From the IMG/VR virus record IMGVR_UViG_3300037346_000419, positions 17,327 through 81,326 of that record: a stretch of DNA of 64,000 bases; one strand, written 5' to 3'. Below the pieces are notes generated by a model, which did not search any database, had not been told where the DNA came from, and saw only the letters and a list, made by a program, of their open reading frames with translations. The translations under genes were made by a program, and so were the position numbers. The stretch is from a virus. Below are positions 28,533 through 39,697 of the stretch, in pieces; the stretch's first letter is position 1, and the number at the start of each line of letters is the position of its first letter.

Positions 28533-28849
28533 AATTAGTAAGGGTAATTGCTGTGAGCTTTTTATGAAAAAAGAAAAAGAGAGGTTTTACCCTCTCTTTA
28601 TATATTGTTTTCATACATTACTTGTTATTAGCCAGGATTGTATTATCAATACAACAGTCAATGCTACTATTATAATAGCAATGATTGTGGCTAATATTTT
28701 CTCTGATAGTGGTCTGTTATCTTCTTTCATAATCTAAGTTATAAATGGTAATACACAGAAACAGAACACTATTGTAGTTGTTACTACAAAGATTAGAAGT
28801 TGTCGGATTAATTCTTTCTTAGTCATATCTTTAATTAGTAAGGGTAATT
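28533..28849 (-). repeat. 17-bp direct repeat AATTACCCTTACTAATT (28533-28549 and 28833-28849)
   Basis: Two identical copies 300 bp apart, each upstream of a minus-strand ATG. Confidence 0.7.
28576..28599 (-). terminator. Rho-independent terminator
   Basis: AAAGAGAGG-GTAAAA-CCTCTCTTT followed by a long T tract. Confidence 0.7.
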
Positions 28850-29072
28850 ATTTGTTATGATGATAGATGTTATACGCTAGTGGTATAATAGAACAAACCA
28901 AGAGCCATTTATATATGACAACAATAGATTGTTCTCTAGGAGACAGAGGATAGCAATCACTACACTCTTCAATTGGTAGAGATGTGTAGTGAAAATACAT
29001 GATGATGATAGCTGAGATGATAGCTACCAATGCTAGTAGAATGAGTAGGATAATTTTTAAGTATTTATTCAT
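28848..29072 (-). CDS. Small two-TM membrane protein
   Basis: Two hydrophobic helices with a CxxC loop between them. Confidence 0.55.
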   Translation of the reverse strand: MNKYLKIILLILLALVAIISAIIIMYFHYTSLPIEECSDCYPLSPREQSIVVIYKWLLVCSIIPLAYNIYHHNK

Positions 29073-29463
29073 GACTGTAAAATTTATTTATTATAGTAAT
29101 TGGGTAGGGGGACTTTCCTTTTCCAAAAATTGGTTGGGGAAATTTATAGGGTACTCTACACTCTCATTAATTTTCAAAAATATCACACCTCTAAAAAATT
29201 TTTTACATAAATTTTTTTTTCATATTATACCTTTCTATAATATGCTAAAAGAAAAAGAACCAAAAAGAAAAACTAAATATGATACCCTATTAGGCTGAAG
29301 CCTAGTAGAGTTTCGCTTCTGCTAAGAAGCAGTAGTTGAAAAACTACGTTACGAAGTTACACTATATTTTTGACATTATTGCAAGAAATACGTAAAAGTT
29401 TTCCACATTATAATCTTTTAAGGTTTTTATCACTCAATAGTTGCATACTATTCAAATTTAACT

Positions 29464-29471
29464 TAACTTTG
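29464..29471 (+). promoter_or_regulatory. Bacteroidota sigma-A -7 box (TAACTTTG)
   Basis: Matches TAnnTTTG and lies 12 nt before ATG 29484. Confidence 0.6.
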
Positions 29472-29483
29472 CTTCATAAATAT

Positions 29484-29753
29484 ATGAATACACAAAAAAC
29501 ATTAGGACAAAAAAGAGTTATGGCAGAGTTTAACCCAGCAAAGAATGGGGTTGTAGACCAGATTAAGAATAAGACAGCAGAGCTTATTGATTTGTTAGAA
29601 GCTCTTAAAAATGATGAAGTTAGTAAAACTTATGAAGAATCTCCTACTCAATTACAAGCTACAAGTGGTGAGAAGTTAAGAGTTATAGCTTTAGCTCAAA
29701 CTAAATATGAGACTGCTTGTATGTATGCAGTTAAATCAAATTTTGTAAATTAA
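29484..29753 (+). CDS. Acb2/Tad1-like helical hairpin protein (candidate nucleotide-signal sponge)
   Basis: TLGQKRV...FNP...VDQIK...RVIALAQTKYETACMYAVK. Start taken at the internal Met after the promoter box. Confidence 0.55.
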   Translation: MNTQKTLGQKRVMAEFNPAKNGVVDQIKNKTAELIDLLEALKNDEVSKTYEESPTQLQATSGEKLRVIALAQTKYETACMYAVKSNFVN

Positions 29754-30115
29754 TGATTATTACAAAGAGTTTAGAGTTAGAAAAGTATGATTACTATAAG
29801 TATCATATTTCTTTAACTAATGTATTATTGAATAAAGACTTATCTAGTAAGGAAATAGATGTATTAGCTGCTTTTTTATCTTTTGAAAAAAAGTATATTG
29901 AAGAGGATATGTTTAATACTTATGTTAGGAGAGAGGTAAGAAAGAAAATGGGCTTATCTCCAGGAGGTCTTGGCAATCATTTAAAAAGCTTATTATTAAA
30001 AAAGTGTATAGATAAAAATGAGATTACAGAAAAAATAACTGTAAAGCCTTATTTTATACCTACTGAATTTGGACAAGGTTATCAAATAAAGTTAAAACTT
30101 AAAAATGAATTATAG
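29753..30115 (+). CDS. Winged-HTH DNA-binding protein
   Basis: LSSKEIDVL...EVRKKMGLSPGGLGNHLKSL. Confidence 0.6.
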   Translation: MIITKSLELEKYDYYKYHISLTNVLLNKDLSSKEIDVLAAFLSFEKKYIEEDMFNTYVRREVRKKMGLSPGGLGNHLKSLLLKKCIDKNEITEKITVKPYFIPTEFGQGYQIKLKLKNEL

Positions 30116-30329
30116 ATATACATTAGCTGCTGTGGATAGTTATTATTATAACACTGAAACAGGTAGAGATGAATATATGCACACAAAAGAAATTAGTCAA
30201 GATGTAATGGATTGGTTAGAAATTCATGATGTTAAAATTGATAATTCTGGAAATAAGGTTTATATTTGCAATGATATACATTATGTTGTAACAGAAATGA
30301 TATTACAATTAGATGGCCCTGAAGAGTAG
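30105..30329 (+). CDS. Hypothetical protein
   Basis: 74-aa ORF. Confidence 0.5.
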   Translation: MNYRYTLAAVDSYYYNTETGRDEYMHTKEISQDVMDWLEIHDVKIDNSGNKVYICNDIHYVVTEMILQLDGPEE

Positions 30330-30618
30330 AGATTTAATAATTGAGTATTACGAGAAAGAAAAAGATAAGTACTCCAATTTAGATTTTTCACATTTTGAAG
30401 AAATAGCTTCTACCCCCTGGAAAATGGTAAAAGAGGAGATGCAAAACAATAACTTTTTAAATGTGAGATTGAAATACTTTGGGGTATTTAAAGTTTATAA
30501 GAAAAGAGTAGAGTTCATGCTTAAAAATATTAAAGAAAGATTTAATAATAATAAACTTTCTGAAACTGAGTATAATGAGTTAAAAAATAAATTAGATAAA
30601 TACATAAATGAAAATTGA
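30313..30618 (+). CDS. IHF/HU-like protein
   Basis: NVRLKYFGVFKV motif. Confidence 0.55.
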   Translation: MALKSRDLIIEYYEKEKDKYSNLDFSHFEEIASTPWKMVKEEMQNNNFLNVRLKYFGVFKVYKKRVEFMLKNIKERFNNNKLSETEYNELKNKLDKYINEN

Positions 30619-30925
30619 AGACATAAAACATTATTTTATAGGACACATAAGAAATAAAATTTACCAATCAAAATATAGGAATATTATTAGACAACATATA
30701 ATAGAACAAATAGAATATAGATTAAAAGTAGTTGATAGAGTATGTTATAATAGCGGTTCTTGTAAAATGTGTGGTTGTGCAATGCCAGCTTTACAGATGG
30801 CGAATAAGATGTGTCACAAACCTTGTTACCCACCTATGATGTCAAAGAGTAAGTGGATAAAGTTTACTAATGGAGAAAAAATTAAAATAGATTATAAAAT
30901 TTATGATTTGGGAATGTTCAAATAA
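30608..30925 (+). CDS. Cys-rich (Zn-binding) conserved phage protein
   Basis: C..SGSCKMCGC...KMC.KPCYP. Confidence 0.65.
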   Translation: MKIEDIKHYFIGHIRNKIYQSKYRNIIRQHIIEQIEYRLKVVDRVCYNSGSCKMCGCAMPALQMANKMCHKPCYPPMMSKSKWIKFTNGEKIKIDYKIYDLGMFK

Positions 30926-31208
30926 AGATTTAGGTGTTGTACCTAAAAATACTAAGCTAGAAGTAGAGTTTGCTTTTATAGGAAATAAAGAAGAAATAAA
31001 TACTATCACTACTTCTTGTTCATGTGCAAATTATAAGTTACATAATAATAAGTTAGTTCTAAGACATACTACTGGAGCTGTACCATTTTATTTAAAAAGT
31101 GTAGGAGAATATACAACAGAAATATCAGCTAATGTATTTTACAAAGATGCTCCAAAACAAATATTAACCTTTAAAGTAACTGTAAAAGAAGATGTCATTC
31201 CTGTTTAA
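30903..31208 (+). CDS. Ig-like (DUF1573-like) protein
   Basis: DLGVV...F.F...TTSCSCA. Confidence 0.55.
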   Translation: MIWECSNKDLGVVPKNTKLEVEFAFIGNKEEINTITTSCSCANYKLHNNKLVLRHTTGAVPFYLKSVGEYTTEISANVFYKDAPKQILTFKVTVKEDVIPV

Positions 31209-31764
31209 AATAGAAGGTAAATTAATATTTCCAAATGAAGAGACTCTATTAATAGAACCTTTCAAAACTATATGGAAAAGAGATAAGTCAAAAAATAAAG
31301 AGTTTGCTATTGAAGATTTTGCTTACATAGAGTTTATGACTTCTATGAAAAAGAGTAATCCTTATAAGCAATATCCTGAAGAGAGAAAGGAAAAAGTTAT
31401 ACTTGAAGAAATTATAACTAGGAAAGATTGGACTCCAGATGATTTAATAAAAGAAGGTATAGATAAGTTAATCAAATTTCAAAAAGAAGCATCAACTACA
31501 TATAATTATTATATAGCAGCTAAGACTGCTGCTGAAGGAATGCAAAAATTCTTTCTTGAAGTGGATGTAACAGAAGTAAATGAGAAAACAAGAAATCCTA
31601 TTTATAAACCTAGAGATATTACTTCAGCTTTAAATGATACTGAAAAAGTATTAAGTAATCTAAAAGCATTAGAAAAGAAAGTAGAAGAAGAGTTGTATGA
31701 AGAAACAAAAAACAGAAGTGACAAACAAATTAGTCCTTTTGCTAACCGAAACAGTTTAAAATAA
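31192..31764 (+). CDS. Conserved crAss-like protein (terminase small subunit candidate)
   Basis: WKRDKSKNK...YKPRDITSAL; helical, upstream of the large terminase. Confidence 0.5.
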   Translation: MSFLFKIEGKLIFPNEETLLIEPFKTIWKRDKSKNKEFAIEDFAYIEFMTSMKKSNPYKQYPEERKEKVILEEIITRKDWTPDDLIKEGIDKLIKFQKEASTTYNYYIAAKTAAEGMQKFFLEVDVTEVNEKTRNPIYKPRDITSALNDTEKVLSNLKALEKKVEEELYEETKNRSDKQISPFANRNSLK

Positions 31765-31765
31765 T

Positions 31766-32938
31766 ATGATAAGTAAGTGGAGTATATACGATAAAATAAT
31801 TGAAGATACAGTTCTCGATGGAGATTCTAGGTCTTGGAATACAATAGCAAGAGACATATTTAAAAGTCAAAATAAAAAATTTATTAGAAAAGATGTAGAT
31901 TTATTTAGAACTTATATAAAAAGAAAAGTTTTAAGAAATAGAAATACTATTATAGATGATACTTTAGATAAAATAAATTTAGAGGAAAAAGATTGGAGTA
32001 TAGGGTGGATAAAAGAAAAAGGTATATCTTTATTAGTTAAAAATCCTAAAGGGGGAGTAGGAATATCTCTTGAACAAATGAGAGAAGATTTTGTAAAAGA
32101 AATGATAGAGTATTCTCCTAACTATGATGCACCTATATTAGATAAAGTAGAAGAAGCTCACTTATTAACTATAGACATAGCTGATTTACATATAGGTAAA
32201 TTATCTACTATAAGTGAACATGGAGAAACATATAATGTAAGTGTAGCTGTTGACAGAGCATTGACTGCTGTCATGTCTTTAGTTGACAAAGCTAGTGGTT
32301 ATAATATTGAACAAGTATTATTTGTTATAGGAAATGATGTTTTACACACAGATAATATAAACAGGCAAACTACAAATGGAACAAATCAAGATACAGATGG
32401 CACTTGGTATGATAATTTTAAAATGGCTAGAAACCTATATGTATCTATCTTAGAATATTTAAGTCGCAAGTTTAAAGTGCATGTAGTACATAATCCTAGT
32501 AATCATGATTTTGTAAGTGGTTATATGTTAGCTGATTCAGTGTATAGTTGGTTACATAAAAATAAAAATATTACTTGGGATATATCTACTAGACATAGAA
32601 AATATTATAAGTATGGAGTTAATTTAATTGGAACATCTCATGGAGATGGTGCAGCTTTAGATAAATTACCATTATTAATGGCTGAAGAAGCTAAAGAAAT
32701 GTGGGGTACAACAATATTTAGATGTATATTTTTACATCATTTACATCACATGAAAAAATATAAATTTCAAACAGGAGCTGATTTTCCTGGAGTGACAGTT
32801 GAATATTTAAGAAGTCCAAGTGGTTCAGATAGTTGGCATCATAAAAATGGGTATCAACATGCTCCAAAAGCTATAGAAGCTTTTATTAATAGTTATAAAA
32901 ATGGGCCTGTAGCTAAATTAATACATATGTTTAGATAA
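31766..32938 (+). CDS. Calcineurin-like metallophosphoesterase
   Basis: ADLHIG, GNDVLH, SNHD, SHGD, HLHH. Confidence 0.85.
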   Translation: MISKWSIYDKIIEDTVLDGDSRSWNTIARDIFKSQNKKFIRKDVDLFRTYIKRKVLRNRNTIIDDTLDKINLEEKDWSIGWIKEKGISLLVKNPKGGVGISLEQMREDFVKEMIEYSPNYDAPILDKVEEAHLLTIDIADLHIGKLSTISEHGETYNVSVAVDRALTAVMSLVDKASGYNIEQVLFVIGNDVLHTDNINRQTTNGTNQDTDGTWYDNFKMARNLYVSILEYLSRKFKVHVVHNPSNHDFVSGYMLADSVYSWLHKNKNITWDISTRHRKYYKYGVNLIGTSHGDGAALDKLPLLMAEEAKEMWGTTIFRCIFLHHLHHMKKYKFQTGADFPGVTVEYLRSPSGSDSWHHKNGYQHAPKAIEAFINSYKNGPVAKLIHMFR

Positions 32939-35900
32939 TGGAAGATTATTTAGAAGGAAAATTAGACTCAATTAGAAACCCTCAAGGAATTTGGATTAAT
33001 TCTTCTGTTTTTCAAGAAGCAGGAAAAGAATTTATAAAGAAAGGATATTATTGTCCTGACCCTTGGGGTTCTCCTGCTTGGTTTAATTTTTGGACTAAAG
33101 AAAGAGAAAGAATAATAAATGGTTACTCAGTAGGAGGAGTAAAGATTACAGGAGACCATTATTTTTATTTAAATTATTGTCCTATTCAAAAAGTTGAGAA
33201 TACTTCTGGTCATAAGTCTGATAAAGTAAAAGGTTTTCCTGATTTTTGGGATGGAGATTATAATTACTTTTGGGTTAGAGAAATAGCAAGAAATGGAGTT
33301 GTTGACTCTATATATTCTGAAGGTGGAGAAGAAAGTGAAAAGATATTTAGTTTAAATTCTTTAGAAAAAACAGTAGCTTTAAAAAGATTATTTAAAGGTC
33401 TTCATTTAGAAGTAAAAATTGAAACAAATTTTTTAAATGGAGGTTTTAATCTTATTGTGGGAAAATCCAGGAGAAAGGGTTATCAACTTCCTCATTCTGA
33501 GGTAGTTATGACACCTTTTGGTAAGAAGACAATGGGTGATATAAAAGTTGGGGACATTGTTTCAACCCCCACAGGAGAAGCTAACATATTAGAAGTTTAT
33601 CCTCAAGGATTAGATGATGTTTATAAAGTTACACTTTTTGATGGAAGAGAAGTTAGATGTGGAAAAGAACACTTATGGAAAATATTTTCACAATCTTTTA
33701 GAAAAAATTACAGACAAGAAAAAGTAGTACAAACTGATTTTTTATTAAATGAAAAATTAAAAACTAAAAAAGGTTATAAGTGGTTTCTACCAATAAATGA
33801 AAAAGTTATAAATAAAAATATAAAAGCTCTTCCAATACCTGCTTATACTTTAGGGTGTATTTTAGGGGATGGTAATGTAACTAAACAATTAAAAATATCT
33901 GGAGCTGATGAACAAATATTTGACAATATTATAAGTGAGTTAGGAAATAAATATTACTTTAAAGATTCGTACTTATATAACAAACAATTAAAATATAATT
34001 TCACAAAAGAAGAAATTAAAGATTATAAAAGAAAAAACTTATTAAGTAAGTTTACCAGCCCTTTTAATCCTCTATTTATAAAATTAAAAAATTTAAAGTT
34101 AAATTATAAATCTGATTTTAAATATATCCCTGATGTATATAAATATCATAGCTCTATAGAAGATAGATATAAATTAGTCAAGGGCTTAATGGATACTGAT
34201 GGCTCTATAAATGAAAATGGTGCATCTACTTTTGGAAATGTTTCTAAAAAATTAGTAGAAGATTTACAGGAAGTTTTATATTCTTTAGGTATAACTTCTA
34301 CCCTCAGAAAAAGAAAAGATGATTTATTTATTATTTATATAAATACTAACAAAAATATATTTGGAATAGATAGAAAAATAAATAGAGTAAAAAATAAAGA
34401 ATGTAGAAAATTTATACCAATAGTTAAAGTAGAAAAATTACAACAAAAAGAAGAATCTTCTTGTTTTTTATTAGACTCTGAAGACCATTTATTTTTGACA
34501 AATAAATATGTAGTAACTCATAATAGTTATAAAAATGCTTCTGTTGGTGTAAGAAACTACTTTACAAAACCTGATTCTTTAACTATATTAAATGCTTATG
34601 AAAAAAAGTTCTTGTACCCAAAAGGTATTATGACTATGGCAGTAAGTTATATTAATTTTATTAATAAACACACAGGTTTTATTATGCCAGCAGATGTTGT
34701 TAGTAAAACTGACCACATAAGAGCTTCTTATATTCAATATCAAAATGGAGTTAGAATAGAAGAAGGGTTTATGTCTGAAATAATTGCTTTAACTTGTAAA
34801 GATAACTCAGATGTAAATAGGGGGAAAGATGCAACAGATATTATTATAGAAGAATCAGGAGCATTTGGTACACCTGGATTATTAAAAGCTTTATATTCTG
34901 CATCTGAAGATTGTGTAAAAGCAGGGGCAATTCAAACAGGACAAATAACTATATTTGGAACATCGGGAGATATGGAAGGAGGTACAGCAGATTATGCTGA
35001 TATGTATCAAAGACCTGAAGCTTTTGGTTTATTACCTTTTAATAACATATGGGATAAAGATAGTTATAAACAAAAAGTTGGTTTTTTCCATCCTATTCAA
35101 TGGAATATGGAAGGATTTTATGATTCTGAAGGTAACTCTAATCAAGAAGATGCTAAGAATTTAGAATATGAAGCTAGAAAAAACCTAATTGAAAATGGAG
35201 CTACTTCTGAAGAAATACAAAGAAGACTACAAGAAAAACCTACAAGTCCTAGTGAAGCTTTTTCTGCTATATCTACAAATAATTTCCCTGTAGTTGAATT
35301 AAAAGCTCAATTACATAAAGTCAAAGCTAACAATTGGCAGACTATAAAAGGTGTGCCTGTTACTTTTAAACATGAAAATGGAAAGTTAACAGCTAAACCT
35401 GTACTAGATGGTAAGAAAGAACCTATAACAAGTTTACATAATATACCAATAAATAAAAAAGGATGCGTAGTAATATATGAACAACCTGTTCCAGATGTTC
35501 CTAAAGGACTTTATAAAATTGGTTATGACCCTGTTAGACAAGATGAAGGTTCTTCATTAGCTGCAATAATTGTTTATAAAAGTAAACATATCGGAACAAT
35601 TCATCATAGTATTATAGTTGCTGAATATGTTGGAAGAATGGAGACTCCAGAAGAAATGGATAAGATAGCTGAAACTTTAGCTGATTATTATAACACAACT
35701 ATAATGCATGAAAATGAAGTAACAGGTGTAAAGAATTATTTTAGAAGAATTAAAAGATTAAATCTATTAGCTGCACAACCTGATGCAGTTATTAGTAAAA
35801 ATATAAAGAAATCTAAAGTGGCTAGAGTATATGGATGTCATATGAATACTCAGTTAAAAGATGCAGGAGAAAGATACACAAAAGAGTGGTTATTAACTAT

Positions 35901-36141
35901 ATTAGATTATGATGAAAATGGTAGTCCTATTTATGTTATTGATAAAATATATTCTATAAGATTATTAGAAGAACTTATAAGTTATTACAGAAAAGGTAAC
36001 TTTGATTTACTTTCAGCTTTATTTATGTGTTTATTTCAAGTACAAGAAGAAGAGTTAGGAATAGAGTATAATGAGAAGAAAGAAAATAAAAATGTAAAAC
36101 TACTTTTAGAAATGGCTAAAGATATGCATAAAAAAGCTTAA
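32938..36141 (+). CDS. terL: Terminase large subunit with intein
   Basis: ITGDHYFYLNY, KSRRKGY|SYK, IIEESG, FGTSGD, IGYDPV, NFDLLSA; precedes the portal gene. Confidence 0.93.
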   Translation: MEDYLEGKLDSIRNPQGIWINSSVFQEAGKEFIKKGYYCPDPWGSPAWFNFWTKERERIINGYSVGGVKITGDHYFYLNYCPIQKVENTSGHKSDKVKGFPDFWDGDYNYFWVREIARNGVVDSIYSEGGEESEKIFSLNSLEKTVALKRLFKGLHLEVKIETNFLNGGFNLIVGKSRRKGYQLPHSEVVMTPFGKKTMGDIKVGDIVSTPTGEANILEVYPQGLDDVYKVTLFDGREVRCGKEHLWKIFSQSFRKNYRQEKVVQTDFLLNEKLKTKKGYKWFLPINEKVINKNIKALPIPAYTLGCILGDGNVTKQLKISGADEQIFDNIISELGNKYYFKDSYLYNKQLKYNFTKEEIKDYKRKNLLSKFTSPFNPLFIKLKNLKLNYKSDFKYIPDVYKYHSSIEDRYKLVKGLMDTDGSINENGASTFGNVSKKLVEDLQEVLYSLGITSTLRKRKDDLFIIYINTNKNIFGIDRKINRVKNKECRKFIPIVKVEKLQQKEESSCFLLDSEDHLFLTNKYVVTHNSYKNASVGVRNYFTKPDSLTILNAYEKKFLYPKGIMTMAVSYINFINKHTGFIMPADVVSKTDHIRASYIQYQNGVRIEEGFMSEIIALTCKDNSDVNRGKDATDIIIEESGAFGTPGLLKALYSASEDCVKAGAIQTGQITIFGTSGDMEGGTADYADMYQRPEAFGLLPFNNIWDKDSYKQKVGFFHPIQWNMEGFYDSEGNSNQEDAKNLEYEARKNLIENGATSEEIQRRLQEKPTSPSEAFSAISTNNFPVVELKAQLHKVKANNWQTIKGVPVTFKHENGKLTAKPVLDGKKEPITSLHNIPINKKGCVVIYEQPVPDVPKGLYKIGYDPVRQDEGSSLAAIIVYKSKHIGTIHHSIIVAEYVGRMETPEEMDKIAETLADYYNTTIMHENEVTGVKNYFRRIKRLNLLAAQPDAVISKNIKKSKVARVYGCHMNTQLKDAGERYTKEWLLTILDYDENGSPIYVIDKIYSIRLLEELISYYRKGNFDLLSALFMCLFQVQEEELGIEYNEKKENKNVKLLLEMAKDMHKKA
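33484..34524 (+). mobile_element. Class 3 intein with LAGLIDADG endonuclease (347 aa)
   Basis: Starts QLPHSEVVMTP and ends VVTHN|S. W (EHLW), C (SSCFLL) and T (VTHN) form the class 3 triplet. LGCILGDG and GLMDTDG are the LAGLIDADG motifs. Confidence 0.88.
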
Positions 36142-36153
36142 TTTTGTAAAATT

Positions 36154-38601
36154 ATGAATGAAAAGAAAAATCCAAAAAATCAAATGCTTTCTACAAAAGA
36201 GAAAAATGCAGATGACAAAAGGTGGTATAAAGATTTTGCAGATGACTTAGATAGTCAACATAACTCTTTATTATATAGTGAAAACAATAGAAATAGTAGA
36301 ATTTCAGAATTAAAAAGAATGAAAGTCAATTATGATTTATTTAATGACATATTAGATATTTCAGAATTAGCTTATGTGTGTCAACCTTTTGGAGCTAGTG
36401 TAGGAGAACTTCCTGCAAGCATGGTAAATAGAGATATATCTTCTGGAAAGATTAAAGCTATCCTCGGTATGGAAAGTAAAAGACCTTTTGATTGGAAAGT
36501 TGTTGCAGTTAATCGAGAAGCCACAACAAGAAAAGAAGGAATTTATTTTTCTAAAATAAGAGAGTCTGTTGTAAATGATATTATGCAACCTATTAGAGTA
36601 AGAGTAGAACAAGAATCTGAAGAACAAAATAGAGGTAAAGAATTAACTCAAGAAGAAAAAATTAAAATTCAAAAAGAGATTGAAGAGAGAATAAAATCTG
36701 AAACACCTGAAGAAGCAAAAAAGTATATGGAAAGGGAACATCAAGACCCTGCTGAAGTGTTATATCATCAATTACTTGAATATTTAATTGAAAAATGTCA
36801 ATTAAAAAGAAAATTTAATAAAGGTTTTAAACATTTAAATCTAAGTGCATCAGAAATTTATTATGTGGGAATATTAAATAAAGAACCTGAAGCTTGGGTT
36901 GTTAATCCTATGAGATTTTCTTGTGACCCCAATTCTGAAAACGATTTTATTGAAGAAGGAGAGTGGGCTGTATGTGAATATAAAATGTCTCCTTCTATTA
37001 TTATAAAATATTTAGGTGATGAATTATCTGAAGATGAAATAAAAACTATCTATGAATCTTGGCATGGAGATACTGCAATTAACTATAAAGATTTTTTTAG
37101 TATAGATGAAGGATATAATAATTACGATAATAATAATAATATATCTGTATTACACTGTGTTAAAAAATCTTTAAGAGAAGTAGCATTTTTAACTTACTTA
37201 GATGAAAATGATGAAGAGCAAGTAGTGCAAGTTAATGAAGAGTATGAGTTAAATGCTGATGCAGGAGATATTAGTCTAGAATATGAATGGCTACCTGAAG
37301 TTTATGAAGTTTGGAAAATAAAAACTTATGAACCAATTTATGTAAAAGCTAGACCTATACCTGGACAACTAAGAGATATGGATAATTTATATCATTGTCC
37401 TTTACCTTATTATGGTGCAAAAATAGATGCTCTAAACTCTAAAGCTACAGCATTAATGGATAGATTAAGAAACTATCAATATTTTTATAATATTATTAGT
37501 TTTAGAGTAGAGCTGTTGATAGCGTCTGATAAAGGTAAAAAAGTATTAATGAATATAAATACTATACCAGATTCAGCAGGAATTAATATAAAACAGTGGC
37601 AATACTTTATGGAGTCTTCTCCTTATATGTGGTATGACCCAAGTGAAGAAGGTAATTCAGGAGGATATACAGATGCAAGCACTGTAGCTAAAGTAATAGA
37701 TTTATCTTTAATTTCAGACATACAAAAATACATAGACATACTAGAACATATTAGAATTAGTGCAGGAAAAAGTGTAGGTATAACAGATGCAGTAGAGGGG
37801 CAAATAGGGCCAAATGAAGCTGCATCAAATGCTAGACAAAACTTAACACAAACCTCTCATATATTAGAGCCTTACTTTGAGTTGCATAATCATGTTAAAA
37901 AGAATGTGATGCAAGCTTTAATAGAAATGGCTAAAATTACTTATGCAGAACACAAACCTAAAAAATTAACTTATTTATTAGATGATATGTCTTTGAGAAC
38001 TTTAGAATTAGACATAGATTTACTAAGTGAAACTTCAATTGGTTTATTTGTTTCTAATTCTACTAAAGCTGAAGATACTAGACAATTAATGATACAGTTA
38101 GCACATGCAGCTTTACAAACTCAAAAAATTGAATTATCTGATGTTATATCCACTATTAATCAAAGTAGTGCTACTGAAGCTGAAGAAGTTTTAAAGGTTG
38201 CAGAACAAAACAGAAAAGAGTTTGAAATGTCTATGAGTCAACAAAATCAAAAAGCTGCTGCTGAAGAAGCTGAAAGAGAAAGACAAAGAGATAGAGAAAA
38301 ACATGAAGAAAATTTAGAAAAAATTAAATTAAAAGGAGAAATTGATTTAAATAAAGAGATAGTAAAATCTTCTTTAATAGGAGCATCTTTTAATCCTGAC
38401 CAAGATGCAGATAATGATGGTGTGAATGATTTTTTAGAAATAGCTAGAGATGGTCTAAATGCAGAAGTTAAAAGAGAAAATGTAAAACTTCAAAAAGATA
38501 AATTTGAACATCAAAAAGTTGTAGATGATAAAAAATTAAAACAAGTAGATAAAAAGTTAAAAATAGATGCTAAAAAAGCAGAACAAAAAAATAATAGTTA
38601 A
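36154..38601 (+). CDS. Portal protein
   Basis: 815 aa directly after TerL with a coiled-coil C-terminus; crAss-type synteny. Confidence 0.88.
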   Translation: MNEKKNPKNQMLSTKEKNADDKRWYKDFADDLDSQHNSLLYSENNRNSRISELKRMKVNYDLFNDILDISELAYVCQPFGASVGELPASMVNRDISSGKIKAILGMESKRPFDWKVVAVNREATTRKEGIYFSKIRESVVNDIMQPIRVRVEQESEEQNRGKELTQEEKIKIQKEIEERIKSETPEEAKKYMEREHQDPAEVLYHQLLEYLIEKCQLKRKFNKGFKHLNLSASEIYYVGILNKEPEAWVVNPMRFSCDPNSENDFIEEGEWAVCEYKMSPSIIIKYLGDELSEDEIKTIYESWHGDTAINYKDFFSIDEGYNNYDNNNNISVLHCVKKSLREVAFLTYLDENDEEQVVQVNEEYELNADAGDISLEYEWLPEVYEVWKIKTYEPIYVKARPIPGQLRDMDNLYHCPLPYYGAKIDALNSKATALMDRLRNYQYFYNIISFRVELLIASDKGKKVLMNINTIPDSAGINIKQWQYFMESSPYMWYDPSEEGNSGGYTDASTVAKVIDLSLISDIQKYIDILEHIRISAGKSVGITDAVEGQIGPNEAASNARQNLTQTSHILEPYFELHNHVKKNVMQALIEMAKITYAEHKPKKLTYLLDDMSLRTLELDIDLLSETSIGLFVSNSTKAEDTRQLMIQLAHAALQTQKIELSDVISTINQSSATEAEEVLKVAEQNRKEFEMSMSQQNQKAAAEEAERERQRDREKHEENLEKIKLKGEIDLNKEIVKSSLIGASFNPDQDADNDGVNDFLEIARDGLNAEVKRENVKLQKDKFEHQKVVDDKKLKQVDKKLKIDAKKAEQKNNS

Positions 38602-38642
38602 AAAGTTTGTAATATTAATATTTAACCTTAAATTTGTAAGCA

Positions 38643-39677
<1,035 letters not shown>

Positions 39678-39697
39678 AATAACATATAAAAATAAAA

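Noticed and set aside
5391-29298. Short plus-strand ORFs in the left arm (e.g. 5391, 10105, 11951, 12546, 13618, 15547, 16720, 19808, 23007, 24000, 26489, 26833, 28999)
   Set aside because: Antisense to well-supported genes or RNAs, with the biased composition of shadow frames.
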